From Mustelus asterias (lineage: Eukaryota): a DNA stretch of 64,000 bases. The stretch spans positions 91,946,001 through 92,010,000 of the forward strand of contig NC_135808.1 in the NCBI RefSeq assembly GCF_964213995.1, written 5' to 3'. Positions 12,283 through 25,062 of the stretch are shown here, piece by piece. The notes beneath the pieces were generated by a model that saw only the letters and a list, made by a program, of their open reading frames with translations, was not told the origin of the DNA and ran no database searches. Position numbers and translations under genes: made by a program. Positions within the stretch are counted from its first letter, which is position 1, and each line of letters starts with the position of its first letter.

Positions 12283-13296
12283 GTGACATTAATGCACAAT
12301 CCTTCCCTAAGTCATTGCATTCAATTTATTTGCCCAGTCGTCTACTTTCACTTTATTTACTCTATCTGTTAGTTGTTTTGTTTGTTGTAAGGATCTAAAG
12401 GTGCCTATACTGATTATTAAAAAGTCCAATTCTTTTTGTTTGTCCCACCATTATACTGAAAAGCCCAAATCCAAGTGATAAGTAACCCATTGTGATTGTA
12501 ATTGTGGTGCACTGTCCCTCCTGGTCCTTCTCATCATCCTTTGCAATCTTTCACACAGTCAATGCACCATCTTTCTCTAATTAATCATGCTGGCCATTTT
12601 TGCTCACCCACTAAGTTTCCACTTGACGGGGTCAGTTGAAATTGGACCTCGAAGCCACATCAAATGGCAGGAAGCTTACCAAAGGGTCACTTACCATTGG
12701 AAAAGATTACCAGGACATGCAAGTGAATGTGGGTTCAATATAATTATAAATTTAAGAGTTTTGGCAAGTTGCAGGCATCTTCAATTTTGGAAAGGTAGAT
12801 GGAACCAACAGTGACCGCAATCTTCTGGAACTTGTTTGATTGCCTTTGGGGATGAAGATGAAATTTTTACCTAAAGGGTTGTTCTCTGGATTCACTATTT
12901 TATTAGTTTTTTCCAGGAGATCGGAGGATTACAAGGGAGATGCTGGTCCACATAAGAGTACACCATGATTAGAAACAGGTTGAATGAACTTTTTCTTTTT
13001 GTTCTTATTTTTCCTGTGTCCCTGCAGTTTCTGGTGTAATGGGGACACTGAAAACTGGTGATGGTCTCAGGTTGCATTTTCTTTGAAATTTCCCTGAACT
13101 CACGCTGGTTAAAAGCCTAGTGCATTACTGACAAACAAAAATGAGGAAAGGGTCAATCCAAGCCTTAAATTTTCAGCTCTCAGGCTAAGCAGCTGGTGTC
13201 GTGGGGACGGGGGGCATCCTTGGATTTGCGTGGGTGCAAGTGAGAAAGGATGGAATATTGAGCATTACAACCCTTGATTATGTCCAATGTGCTGTG

Positions 13297-13598
13297 GTGG
13301 CACGATGGCACAGTGATTAGCACTGCTGCCTCACAGTGCTAGGGACCTGGGTTTGATTTCCGGTTTGGGTCATTGTCTGTGTGGAGTCTGTATGTTCTCC
13401 CTGTGTCTGCGTTGTTTTCCTCTGGGTGCTCCGGTTTCCTCCCACAGTCTGAAAGACCTACTGGTTTGTTGCATTGGCCATACTAAATTCTCCCTCAGTG
13501 TACCTCAATAGACGCTGGAGTGTGGCGAGTATGGGATTTTCACAGTGACTTCATTGCAGCGTTATGGAATCCTACTTGTGACACTAATACATAAACAT
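13297..13598 (+). mobile_element. V-SINE with type B tail
   Basis: HE1 head and V-domain; tail gattttcacagtgacttcattgcagcgtt...cctacttgtgacactaatacataaac. Confidence 0.85.
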
Positions 13599-13719
13599 TC
13601 AAAGAATATATATGTGCATGGACAACAAATAAGGATTGGATCAGTTAATGACAGGATCAGTTGAAAGCTTTGATTTCCCAGAGTGCTGTTCAGATGTCAT
13701 ACTGTTGAGATTTAGAGGT

Positions 13720-14130
13720 GTGAAAAATACCAACCATTTTGATCTTCTGAAGGGACAGCTACGACAGAGACCAAGAAACTAGGAGAAGGAATGGAGTCCT
13801 TATAAGAAGTAGGATGTGTGGAAGTGTAGTAACTGTGAGAGTCTGTGGGTTGTAGTAAATATTAGTCATAGTCCATCTCTAGAAACAGAGAAGCTGAGGA
13901 AAGGAAGTGCTGGAGGTGGACCAGGTGAAGGTGAGACTTTATCAGTTCATGGTAAGAGCAGAAGGCGGCACCAATATAGTCATCAATGCCCAGGAAAAAA
14001 GAGATGAGGGAGGGAGCCTGAATAGGATTGGAATAATGAATGATCTATATATCTCACAAATAGGCAAAGCATTACTGGCTACCTACAACAGCACTTTTTA
14101 TTTGGAGAATTAAAGAAAAAGTTGCTGGAA
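13720..14130 (-). mobile_element. Highly degraded Penelope RT remnant
   Basis: Minus strand resembles the PLE RT thumb (LTFTWSTSSTSFPQLLCF...NIYYNPQTLTVT, with frameshifts). Confidence 0.45.
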
Positions 14131-14641
14131 GCCATAATAAGAAACAGGGCATTTTTTTGTTATTTCAGAATGCCAGCATCCGCAGTAGTTTTGTTTAATT
14201 CACTGTCAATTCTCTCCCAGGAATGCCTCTCTTGAAGATCTTTATTCAGCTGTGATGAAAGGTTATTGAACTTTAGTGTTAACCCTGTTTTAGATGCTGT
14301 CTGACCTGCTGAGTTTTTTTGTGTTTTTTTGTTTTTATTTCCAATTTCCAGAATCTACAGTATTTTGCTTTTGGAAACTTTAGTCTGTCGTTGTCCTTGC
14401 GTGCAGTGATTTGTAATGTGGGTGATGTTATATGACTGGGTTTAATGATGTATACGGACTAATTTAACCTTTGTGTAAATGGATGTGTTTTGAATGAGTT
14501 AAAATCACAGCTATAGTGTGTCATTGTACTGCAGATGATTTACCTTATACATATACCAATAAGATCGAGCCACCATCTCCCACTAGCAGTAAAGCCCTTT
14601 ACTATTGTCTGTGATCAGCGCAGCTAATAATTGCTTTAACC

Positions 14642-14862
14642 AAAAGAGAAAATGCTGGAAAATCTCAGCAGGTCTGGCAGCACCTGTAAGGAGAGAAAAG
14701 AGCTGATGTTTCGAGTCCAGTTGACCGTTTGACAAAGGGCCATCTGGACTCGAAACGTCAGCTCTTTTCTCCCCTTACAGATGCTGCCAGACCTGCTGAG
14801 ATTTTCCAGCATTTTCTCTTTTGGCTTCAGATTCCAGCATCTGCAGTAATTTGCTTCTATTT
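14642..14862 (+). mobile_element. PLE family 2 terminus folded back into a near-perfect palindrome
   Basis: Arms 14640-14731 / 14733-14824; 17-bp TSD taataattgctttaacc at 14625-14641 and 14863-14879. Confidence 0.85.
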
Positions 14863-15157
14863 TAATAATTGCTTTAACCTGAACTATTTCACTATTGCTG
14901 AGATGAGGTAGTATAGTTATAATCTGTCACCGACACAATCATGTGGTGAAGTAGCACATTTTGTTAGGAACAATATTTTCACTTCAGCATTGATGTTTTG
15001 AAGCAACTGACCTTGGGAGGTGGAAATAATTTAACCCTTCCTAGATATTCTCACGAGTAAAGAGATATGTTTCAAACAGACAGGCTTTCCCTTGCTTTTA
15101 GCTTTATGCTTTATTTGATCTCTAGAATCTTTTGTACCATTAACCACTGTCATCCAT

Positions 15158-15700
15158 TACAACATACATTTATACAGCACCTTTAACATAATAAGAGGGC
15201 ATGAGGAAGAGCTGACCCTCCCCAAGCCAAAGGAGGAAAGTTGGGTGAGGGAGGGAGTGAGTAGCCAAAAGCTTGGTTAAAGGAGGGTCTTCAAGGAGAA
15301 GAGGGAGGTGGAGAAGGGGAGAAGTTTGGGAGGGAATTCCAAAGAGGGATTTAGGCAACTGAAGGCATGGCTGCCAATTGTGGAACAAGGGAAGCACTGC
15401 TCAAGAGGCTCAATGTTAGAGCATTAGAAAGTTGAGAATAGAGTGGAGGATTGTCGGGCCCTAAGAGATGACAGAGATAGGGAAGGGTTGAGCATGACGA
15501 AATTTAAATCCAGGATTAAGAATGTTAAGTTTAAAGCTCTGGGGGACCTGGGATTCAATACGTGTCAGCAAGAATAGGGGTGATGGAAAAGTTGGATTTA
15601 TTGCAGGAAACGTATGGGCAGTAAATATCTGGCTCAGTTATCATTATAGAGGGTGAAGAATAGGAGGCTTGTCAAGAGAGCACTGAAGTAATTGGGATGA
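15158..15700 (-). mobile_element. Old L2-like LINE 3' fragment
   Basis: acatttatacagcacctttaacata...gggagggaattccaaag...caactgaaggcatggctgccaattgtgg. Confidence 0.55.
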
Positions 15701-15927
15701 ATTTCATGAGGGTTTCTTCCAATCTGCTGCAATAACTTTGGCAGAAACCTCGCCCCAAGTAACTTACAACTGCAACTTCACAACTGAATAACTTATGCTG
15801 CTGCACTTGCCGCAATACCTCTGCTATTGTCAATGACATCCCGATTCTCTTGCCCCCCATCTGATGTCTGGTTCACAGTAAAATGTTTACTCTTTCTCAT
15901 TATTTCCACTGGTATAGCCCTAATTTC

Positions 15928-16246
15928 ATAGAATCCCCACTGTACAGAAGGAGGCCATTCGGCCCCTCAAGGCTGTAGCGACCCCAATCCCACCTATGCT
16001 TTATTCCCATAACCCCAAACACTTACCCTACTAATCTTCCTGACACTAGGGTCAATTGAGCATGGCCAATCAACCTAACCCGCACATTTTGGACTGTGGA
16101 AGGAAACCGGAGCACCCAGAGGAAACCCACGCAGACACAGGGAGAATATGCAAACTCCACACAGACAGTGGCCCGAGGTCAGAATTGAACCCGGGTCCCT
16201 AGCACTGTGAGGCAGCAGTGTTAACCACTGAGCCACCATGCCGCCC
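15928..16246 (-). mobile_element. HE1-type V-SINE (CR1 tail)
   Basis: Full head, V-domain and tail on the minus strand. Confidence 0.88.
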
Positions 16247-16962
16247 ATTTAACTCCCTGAAACTCCCTGAATTTAACTCCCTGAAACCCATCAAGCACAA
16301 CTGGGCCTTGTGTTCCTCTGCCAAAACCATATGCAACCCCAGGATTACCCTGGGCAAGGATAATCCCTGGCATATTTTATCCATTAAAACCCAGCTACTT
16401 AAACTTAAATTCTTCTTCCCTGCTCATCACATCTTCTCCTCACAGCAAGGATGTCTTTATCAAGGCACGAGGGAGTGAAGGTGGCTGTCTCCAGAAGCAC
16501 TAAGTGTTTTCAGCATTTTAAACTGTACTAATTTTCTTTCCCATTCGTTTCAAGTGATGTTGTTTTGATCAAACAGCTTGGTGGGCCTCTCACCATCTGT
16601 TTATATGGGTGCTTGGTGAATCAAGAGCATGTGGAATTCATTGTGGGACCAACTTGCATTCATTTAGATCAGTTCTTGTCTCTAATTACACCAATACTTG
16701 CATGGGCTGAAGCTTCACAAACTCGTTGAAATTCGTTTCCCACAGAATCAGGGGTTCAGCACCAAGTCCACTCAAGTCAGCGTTCTTGATTCACGGAGCT
16801 TCTATTTATAAAAAGTTTTTGAGGGCAGTTTACATTCTAAAGGCTTTCGGGGGCTTCGGCTGACTGATTTGGGCCCCGCTTCAGGTACAATAATGTGCTG
16901 TAATATTGATCAATACGTTTTCTATCAGGATTTCCCAAATCATTAATTGTTGATCATTAAGA

Positions 16963-18990
16963 TAAAAGCAAAATACTGCGGATGCTGGAACCTGAAACAA
17001 AAATAAAAAATGCTGGAAAATCTCAGCAGGTCTGACAGTATCAGTGGGGAGAGAATAGAGCTAATGTTTCGAGCCTAGATGACCCTTCGTCTGAGCTGAG
17101 AGCAAAGAGAATCAGCAGAGATATTATACTATTGGGGTGGGGGGGGGGGGTTTGGCGGAGGGGGGGACGGACAAGGGGAATGTAATGAGGACACAGAAGG
17201 CTGGGAAGGTCCATTGAACACAAAAAAAGTGTCCATTAAAAGTGTCCATTAGGACTCTGAAATCGGCCCCGCAGGTGGAGGAGGTGGTTAAGAAGGCGTA
17301 TGGTGTGCTGGCCTTTATCAATTGAGGGACTGAGTTTAGGAGTCTGGGGATAATGATGCAGCTATATAAGACCCTCATCAGACCCCACTTGGAGTACTGT
17401 GCTCAGTTCTGGTCGCCTCACTATAGGAAGGATGTGGAAAAGATTGAAAGGGTGCAGAGGAGATTTACAAGGATGTTGCCTGGATTGAGTGGCATGCCTT
17501 ATGAGGATAGGCTGAGGGAGCTCAGCCTTTTCTCCTTGGAGAGACGAAGGATGAGAGGAGACCTAATAGAGGTGTATAAGATGTTGAGAGGCATAGATCG
17601 GGTGGACTGTCAGAGGCTTTTTCCCAGGGTGGAAATGGCTGTTACGAGAGGACACAGGTTTAAGGTGCTGGGGGGTAGGTACAGGGGAGATGTTAGGGGT
17701 AAGTTTTTCACACAGAGGGTGGTGGGCGAGTAGAATCGGCTGCCGTCAGGGGTGGTGGAGGCGAACTCAATAGGGTCTTTTAAGAGACTCCTGGATGAGT
17801 ACATGGAGCGTAATAGGATGGAGGGTTATAGGTAGGTCTAGAAGGTAGGGATGTGTTCGGCACAACTTGTGGGCTGAAGGGCCTGTTTGTGCTGTAGTTT
17901 TTCTATGTTTCTACGTTTCTAAGTGATCAAGAATTTGTGAATGGCAGAACAGAGGCACAGATTGTTAAAGAACTGCCTGAGGAATGTGACAGTTGCCCAG
18001 AAAGGGAGGGGGCAAGAAGGAGAGCTAGAATGGAAAATGGAAAAATGTAAGTGAGAAAGAAGGATGATAAAATGGATGAATAGGATGAAACAAAATGAAA
18101 TAAAATAAATGGAAATTGGGGTGAGGGTGGAGGAGAGTGTTCATGCTCTGAAATAGTTGAACTCAATGCTTAGTCCAGAAGGTTGTAAAGTGCCCAATCG
18201 GAAGGTGAGGTGCTATTGCTCCAGTTTGTTGGGGTTCATTGGAACATTGCAAAAGGCCAAGGACGGACGCGTGGACAGGAGAGCAGAGTGGTGTGTTAAA
18301 GTGGCAAGCAATAGGAAGGTCTGGGTCCTGCTTCTGGTCGGACCGAAAGTGTTCTGCAAAGTGGTCACCCAGTCTACGTTTGGTCTCTCCAATGTAGAGT
18401 AGACAGCATTGGGAGCAGCAAATGCAATAGACCAGATTGAAGGAGGTGCACGTGAAGCGCTGCTTCACCTGAAAGGGGTGTTTAGGACCTGGGACGGTGA
18501 GCAGGGAGGATGTAAAGGGGCAGGTGTTGCATCTTCTGCGATTGCATGGGAAGGTGCCGTGGGCAAGGCTTGAGGTGTTGAGTGTGATGGAGGAGTGCAC
18601 TGGGGTATCCCGGAGAGAATAACCCGTGCTGAATGCTGACAGGGGGGAGGGGAGGGGGGGCGGGTTAGGGGATGATGTGTTGAGTAGTGGCATAATGCTG
18701 GAGTTGGCGGAAATGACGCAGGATGATCCTTTGAATGCGGAGACTGGGGGGGGGGGGGGTGAAAAGTGACAACAAGGGGGAGCCGATCCTGGTTCTGGGA
18801 GGGTGGGGAGGGGTGAGAGCAGTGGCCCGGTGATGGGTTGGATACGGTTGAGAGCCCTGTCAATCACAGTGGATGGAAAACCACGATTGAGAAAGAAGGA
18901 AGACATATCGGCAACGCTATTTTGGAAAGTGGCATCATCAGAACAGATGCAGCAGAGGCAAAGGAACTGAAAGAATGGGATGGAGTCATT
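16963..18990 (-). mobile_element. PLE family 2, 3' part with GIY-YIG endonuclease remnant; interrupted by a CR1
   Basis: ORF 18163..18999 has GTFPCNRRRCNTC...FTCTSFNLVYCICCSQCCLLYIGETKRRLGDHFAEH (CCHH zinc knuckle plus GIY-YIG); terminus at 16963-17100 matches 14733-14862. Confidence 0.9.
17244..17920 (+). mobile_element. Young 5'-truncated CR1 LINE inserted in the PLE
   Basis: ORF 17353..17733 LYKTLIRPHLEYCAQFWSP...TRGHRFKV; tail tttctatgtttctacgtttct. Confidence 0.93.
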
Positions 18991-19199
18991 GTTGATCATT
19001 GCTGGACTAGGCTAGCAAATGGAAACAAAACAGCAGCTGACTTCCTTATCTTGTACTTGGGAATAGGGCCGTTCCTCAAGTGCTGCATTGTGGAAAAGGT
19101 CCAAATGGTTTTCTGCAGTCACTGTTGCAATGTAGGGAAACTTGGCAGTATATTTTTTTTTCTTAGAAATAGCAATCTGGTAAATGATGTTAATCTGTT

Positions 19200-19383
19200 T
19201 TTTCTTTGAATGTGCTCTGGAATCTCTTATGCCCTTGAGAGGACAGAGGCACCTCAGTTTACAATCTCATTGTATAGTATAACTTTCTCTTAATGCTGAA
19301 CCTGAGCAGTATTATGTATTATGTCTTTGGAATGGAGTTTAAACCCACACAACATTATGACTTGGAAGTTTCACTGAGCCAAC
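19200..19383 (-). mobile_element. Degraded 5' part of a SacSINE1-like DeuSINE
   Basis: Weak reverse-complement similarity to 42885-43050. Confidence 0.3.
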
Positions 19384-19859
19384 ACCTTCATTAATTCCAA
19401 GGCAAATGGCACAGATTGTAAGCATGCCAAAGGGTGAACAGTTCTGAGTAAAACAATCTTCAGCAGATATAGCATATTGGGAATAAGGAAATGAGTCATA
19501 ATCTAATCTTTTTTATTATGTAATTACTGTTACCCACCATTCAGCATTTATACTTCCATCCAGTTCTCATCTTTTTGTACATTGTATTTGGATCAAATCT
19601 GCAAGATCAGTAAACATTATTATGATGAAAAACTGCTTGTACTTTCATGTAATGTAGAAAATGCTATCGGAAAAGGGCATGCAATTCTTATATACACGTG
19701 ACGTATGATTCCCCGGGAGCTTGGCATAACCAACAATACTATAAAAACTTGTTGATTGGTTCTTACTGCTCAAGATAATTGTCTGTCTTTTATCTATCCA
19801 ACATGGATGTGGACACTGTGATCTGACTGAATTCCTTCATCTTTTTCATGTGTGCTTTG

Positions 19860-20073
19860 CCTGGAGGCAGGCCTTTAACCCATTGTCTGCTGAGGCTTCA
19901 CCCTGAGCTGTTTTTCCTGCCAGTTTTTGTCAGTAGTGGTTTGCCATTGCCTCTCACTGTCATGGGCAGGGTAAGGTAACAGATCCCCAAATCTACCTCA
20001 GCTGGAACTGGAATCATCCCTGCCCTGCCAATACTAATCTGAACCACATGTTAGCCATCTGACCCACTGAGCT
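19860..20073 (-). mobile_element. Old tRNA-derived SINE with RTE-like tail
   Basis: Reverse complement starts agctcagtgggtcagatggc; contains agtggtttgccattgcct. Confidence 0.35.
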
Positions 20074-20526
20074 TCACAGCCCCTACCTGATTCATTTATG
20101 AGAATATAAAATGAACAAGATGCCTATCAAGTGAACTGAGCGTTCATCTTCACAGTAGATTGACTGGAACACTGACCCATTAAATCGATCCATAGTTCTT
20201 CTCAAAGATCAATAATTTTCTGTTTTTCTGAGTGATACCTGTACAGTTTATGGGAATTATATAGTAGACAGTTTTCCTTATAAACGGGGGTGAGCTCTTT
20301 GTCAGAAAATACAGTGGAAGAGGGTCATCAGGGATTAGGCAGGCAAAAGGAGCAGAGATATCCAATAAAGAGTGTTTATTGAACAACAGTTGATTCTTGT
20401 TCTAAAGAAATAAATGAGGGCCATTCAACCTGTTCTGCCATTCAATGAAATCATGGCTGATTTGTGACCTAACTTTGGGCCTGGAAGCATGGTCACTAGT
20501 GGTGTAAGGGAGGGGAGGGATTTACA

Positions 20527-20827
20527 AAGTAAAGTTTATTTATTAGTCACAAGTAGGCTTACATTTAAACTGCAATGAAGTTACTGTGAGAATCTGCTAG
20601 TCACCACACTACCACACCTGTTCGGGTACACTGAGGGAAAATTTAGAATGGCCAATGCACCTAACCAGCATGTTTTACGGTCTCTGGGAGGAAACCAAAG
20701 CACCCGGAGGAAACCCATGCAGACACGAGGAGAATGTGCAAACTCCACACAGACAGCGACCCAAGCCAGAAATTGAACCCGGGTCCCTGGCGCTGTGAGG
20801 CAGCAGTGCTAGCCACTGTGCCATCGT
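20527..20827 (-). mobile_element. V-SINE with type B tail
   Basis: Full-length match to 13297-13598 in reverse. Confidence 0.87.
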
Positions 20828-21203
20828 GCACTCAAGAGGTAGGAGTGGGTAGAAGTGAGGATTCAAAGATAGTGACCAGACAATGAATAGATTTAAAGGG
20901 AAGTATAGTATTTGAGGTGTTGGGAACCCAGCATCCAATGACCAAAGGAGAGACCAGCAATAAAGTGAAGCACAAAGGATTCTTTTTCTTGAATTCTTGT
21001 TTAACTTAAATGAGGGAGATCACTAACCCAGCTGGAAGATCCTCACAACTATGAATTTTACTGAAGTGCAATTAAGATCAATGCATCTTAAATATTTATG
21101 TTTTGTTCCCATTTCAAATAAATAAACCTTGAAATTAATATTGGCATATAAAATCATAATAGCAGGAATTCAGTGCACAGTAGGATTAGAAGTGTGACAT
21201 AGT

Positions 21204-21607
21204 GCACGGCATAGTGGCACAATAGTTAGCATTGCTGTCTCACAGCGCCAGGGACCTGGGTTCAATTCTAGCCTTGGTTGACTGTGTGGAGTTTGCACTT
21301 TCTCCCTGTGTCTGCATGGGTTTTCTCCGACAGCTCCTGTTTCCTCCCACAGTCCAAAGGTGTGTGGGTTAGGTTGATTAGCCATGGTAAATGCACTGGG
21401 TTGGGGGATAGGGCAGGGGTCTGGGCCTGGGTAAGATGCTCTTTCGGAGAGGGTGCAGACTTGATGGGCCGAATGATCTCCTTTTGCACGATAAATGTGT
21501 AGGGTTATGGAGATAGGGAAGGTGGAGAGGGCCTGGGTAAGATATTCTGTCAGAGAGTCGCTGCAGACTCGAATGGCTTCCTTCTGCACTGTGATTCTAT
21601 GATTCTG
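21204..21607 (+). mobile_element. HE1-type V-SINE with duplicated 3' tail
   Basis: gggcctgggtaagat...tgcagact...ccttytgcac occurs twice (~21405-21490 and ~21510-21590). Confidence 0.8.
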
Positions 21608-21933
21608 TTCACTAAAACTCACAATGCAGGTTTAAATTCGATGAAAGAAAGTTTATTTATTCGTCACAAGTAGGCTTACACTGCATTGAAGTTACTGCGA
21701 AAATCACAGCCTATGATGAAGCCTATTAATGCCAGCATAGTTGGCACTGAACTGGGGATGAACCAAGTTCTGGCATATATTTGGACATTGCAGCTGACTA
21801 TGATTGGCCAGGGTTTCAAGAGTTTCAAGTCACACAATGTAGGAGATTAAATTCAGTGCTCTCCTGTAAGGTTGCAGAGAAAACCAAGAGCTTGAAAGTA
21901 CTGGCAAAGATGTGAGGTAGCTAAATTCATTAA

Positions 21934-22287
21934 AGGAGGCGACGGCCTAGTGGTATCATTGCTAGACTATTCATCCAGAAACTCAGTTAATGTTCTGGGG
22001 ACCCAGGTTCGCATCCCACCATGGCAGATGGAGCAATTTGAATTGAATAAAAAATATTAAGAATCTACTGATGACCATGAAACCATTGTCGATTGTTGGA
22101 AAAACCCATCTTATTCACTAATGTTCTTTAGGGAAGAAAATCTGCCATCTTTACCCGGTCTGAACTACATGTGATTCTAGAGCCACAGCAATGTGGTTGA
22201 CTCTCAACTGCCCTTGGGCAACTAGAGTTGGGCAATAAATGCTGGTTAGCCAGCGATGCCCATGACCCACAAATGAATTTTTAAAAA
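21934..22287 (+). mobile_element. tRNA-derived SINE family C (possibly MetaSINE-type core)
   Basis: ggcctagtggt...ggttcgcatccc head; core aaaaacccatc...cactaatg...agggaagaaaatctgcc; tail gggcaataaatgctgg...gccagcgatgcccat. Confidence 0.8.
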
Positions 22288-23057
22288 GTTACTCATTGGA
22301 TGAACGATCCAGGACTCAGCTGTCCTTCATTCTGAGGTTCATAGATTTAGAATAATAAGAGTGATTTACCTGAAGAATTTTTGCCATCAGCCTTTGCTGG
22401 GAGATATTTTTGATCTGTGACCTTCCCACTGCCTCACGTTCCCCATCAGATGGCTGAGATCCAAATAAACTACTTCGGGGGTGACAGGTAATGACTGGAG
22501 TGCTGTAAGATGACAGGCTGATGGTGATAACTTCAGAAACACAGGAACAATGAATGCCAACAATGACAAGACACAACCAGCAGAGATTTCCTCACGTGGA
22601 TTAAAAACTGTGAAAAGGTTCGAAGGGAAGAAACAAATCAGAGATAGGTGCATCTTAGGTTTTGTAACAATATGGTGTTCAGACAGAGCAATATCTGGAA
22701 ACATTATAAATTCCTGGAGTTCCTAGTTTTCTTTTTTTTTCCGGTTTCATTTAAAAGGTTCTGTTTCGAATTAGTAAGAGGTATTTCATGCTGCTTTGTC
22801 CTTGCAGAATGTCCACTTCTTTTTTCCCGTAAGCCTTTACAAGTCGTTTGATAGAAAACTGAACCAGATGGTTCTTAACCAAGTACAGAATTATTTTTCT
22901 CAGCAGGTATTGTTTTGTAATTCCAGAACCTTGGGTTTGACATTAACAAGCACTCCCCCATCCTTCAGCGTCCCCACAACGGGCAGGAGCAGGTCAGAGT
23001 TCAAAATATCAAATTAATATGCCACGTAAACACCCGGGTGGAAGTTTACTGGTCCTG

Positions 23058-23371
23058 AGGCAGCACAGTGGCACAGGGGTTAGCACTGTGGCCTCACAGC
23101 GGCAGGGATGTGGGTTCAATTCCAGCCTCGGGTGACTGTCTGTGCGGAGTTTGCACCTTCTCCCCGTGTCTGCGTGGGTTTCCTCCGGGTGCTCCAGTTT
23201 CTTCCTACAATCCAAAGATGTGCGGGTTGGTTGATTGGCCATGCTAAATTGCTCCTTAGTGTCCCAAGATAGGGGGATTAGCCGGGTAAATACGTGGAGA
23301 TAGGTGGGATTGTTGTCGGTGGAGTCTCAATGGGCCGAATGGCCTCCTTCTGCACTGTTGGGATTCTATGA
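23058..23371 (+). mobile_element. HE1-type V-SINE (CR1 tail)
   Basis: Head, V-domain, tail gggccgaatggcctccttctgcactgttgggattctatga. Confidence 0.88.
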
Positions 23372-24568
23372 CTTGAAATTCAGTTATATTAGCATTGCGT
23401 CAGCGGACTGACACAATCCAACCTCTAGACAATATTCTCTGAGGCCAGCCATTACCGAGAAGCTGCCCAAATGGCAGGAGTGGGTCGTCAATATAAATAA
23501 TTAGCTGCCCATTTGTGAACTAGCTGGAGATGCCTTGGGGATCTACCCAGCGGTGGAACGGCTCCCATTGAGGGCTGAGCCCAGCTTGTGCTTGCTGGCT
23601 GCTGGGTACACATGGCCTCCTGCTCTAACGCCCCCTGCCCTCCACCCCCATTGGAGCAGCATTGACTAGCAGATCACAGCTGCAGCCAGATACTATCCTG
23701 GGGAGGTTTTCTCCTGCACAGAGGTGGCCTGGCACTGCGGTCAGAGTATAAATTGTTAAAATTCTGACCTTGTTAGAGGGTATCTCAGGATGGAGACACT
23801 TTCATGATCCCCCACCCTGTGACCCCCCCTGCACCAGTGAGGCTGCTGTCCTTCCAAGACAACAAAACCTCTGATTGAGCTTATCTCAGGATTCCTCCCA
23901 CTTTCTTTAATTGAACAATAAACGTGGAAGTGGCCACTTAATTTTCTGCATCCAGGACGATCTCCCAAGTGGGTAAGCTTAGATCAAGTGCAGGACTGGG
24001 GCTGGAAATGGTCCTGCCCCTTGATTATTTTTAAAGGGATCAGGATTCCACCAACCTTTGACAGCAGCCTTTCTAATTCTCTTCTCAGGAGGTGAGATAC
24101 TTCATTATAATATTTAATCAGGCTCCCACAGCGCATGTTGGGGGACTGATTTAAATTTTACAATTGTTGGATATCCTGGTACTCAGGAAACCTGCCAGCT
24201 AAATGGAGACAGGAGCAGCTGGCTCCAGAAGGTAAATGATTTTTTTTAGAGCACTACTCATTACTCTACACACTGCAAAGCATCCCAAACCCCAACCCCA
24301 CCACCACACCCAACCCACCCCTCCACCACCAACACCACCATCCCTTGATCCCAATCTTCTCCCACTCCTGATTGCCAGGTTTCACCACCACTGCCTCCAA
24401 CACCAAGCCCTGATTTTTGAGAGACATGTTGCCAATACTCCCCATTCTGCTATTGGTATTTATAGGCTGTGCCCAGCTGTCTCGTATAGAACAGAGTTCA
24501 TAAATGATGATGAGGTCTTGCCATTAAATTCAGCAGGACCTTTGTGTCCCTGGGATTTCCAGGTTTAC

Positions 24569-24739
24569 CTCCCTCGACAACGGCCCCTTGCTCCTTTCCC
24601 ACATCCTCATAAGTATCAGGGCTGTCGGCTCTCACTTCGCTGAATACTTTCTTATTTGACCCCCTGATTTGTTTTTGGAAAGTGAGGTAGAAACCCATCT
24701 TGGTCATCCGAGCAAAACGGGCAGTATCACATTGGTTGC
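24569..24739 (-). CDS. Candidate internal coding exon (171 nt, phase 1-1) of an unidentified host gene
   Basis: Acceptor ttctagtctaacAG|GC, donor GGAG|GTAAAC; only one open frame (xNQCDTARFARMTKMGFYLTFQKQIRGSNKKVFSEVRADSPDTYEDVGKEQGAVVEG); CpGs retained; no repeat similarity seen. Confidence 0.45.
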
Positions 24740-24814
24740 CTGTTAGACTAGAAATCAACGTGATGAGTGTCCATTTCAACATAGTGAAGATTATGAAGGA
24801 AAAGTGCAATATAA

Positions 24815-25062
24815 AAACATAGAAACATAGAAGATAGGAGGAGGCCATTTGGCCCTTCGAGCCTGCTCCACCATTCATCATGATCATGGCTGATCGTCCA
24901 ACTCAATTGCCCAATCCTGCTTTCTCCCCATAATCTTTGACCCCATTTTCCCCAAGTGCTATATCTAGCTGCCTCTTGAATACATTCAATGTTTTGGCAT
25001 CAACTATTTCCTGTGATAATGAATTCCAAAGCTCACCACTCTTTGGATGAAGAAATGTCTCC
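24815..25062 (-). mobile_element. CR1 3' end
   Basis: LWNSLSQEIVDAKTLNVFKRQLD; (tttctatg)n tail. Confidence 0.85.

Noticed and set aside
16247-16288. Short tandem duplications (also 34433-34468, 53133-53178)
   Set aside because: Ordinary slippage; no spacer-repeat array, so not CRISPR-like.
22316-22576. 86-aa minus ORF as a host exon
   Set aside because: No convincing splice sites; faint resemblance to a decayed RTE LINE C-terminus.
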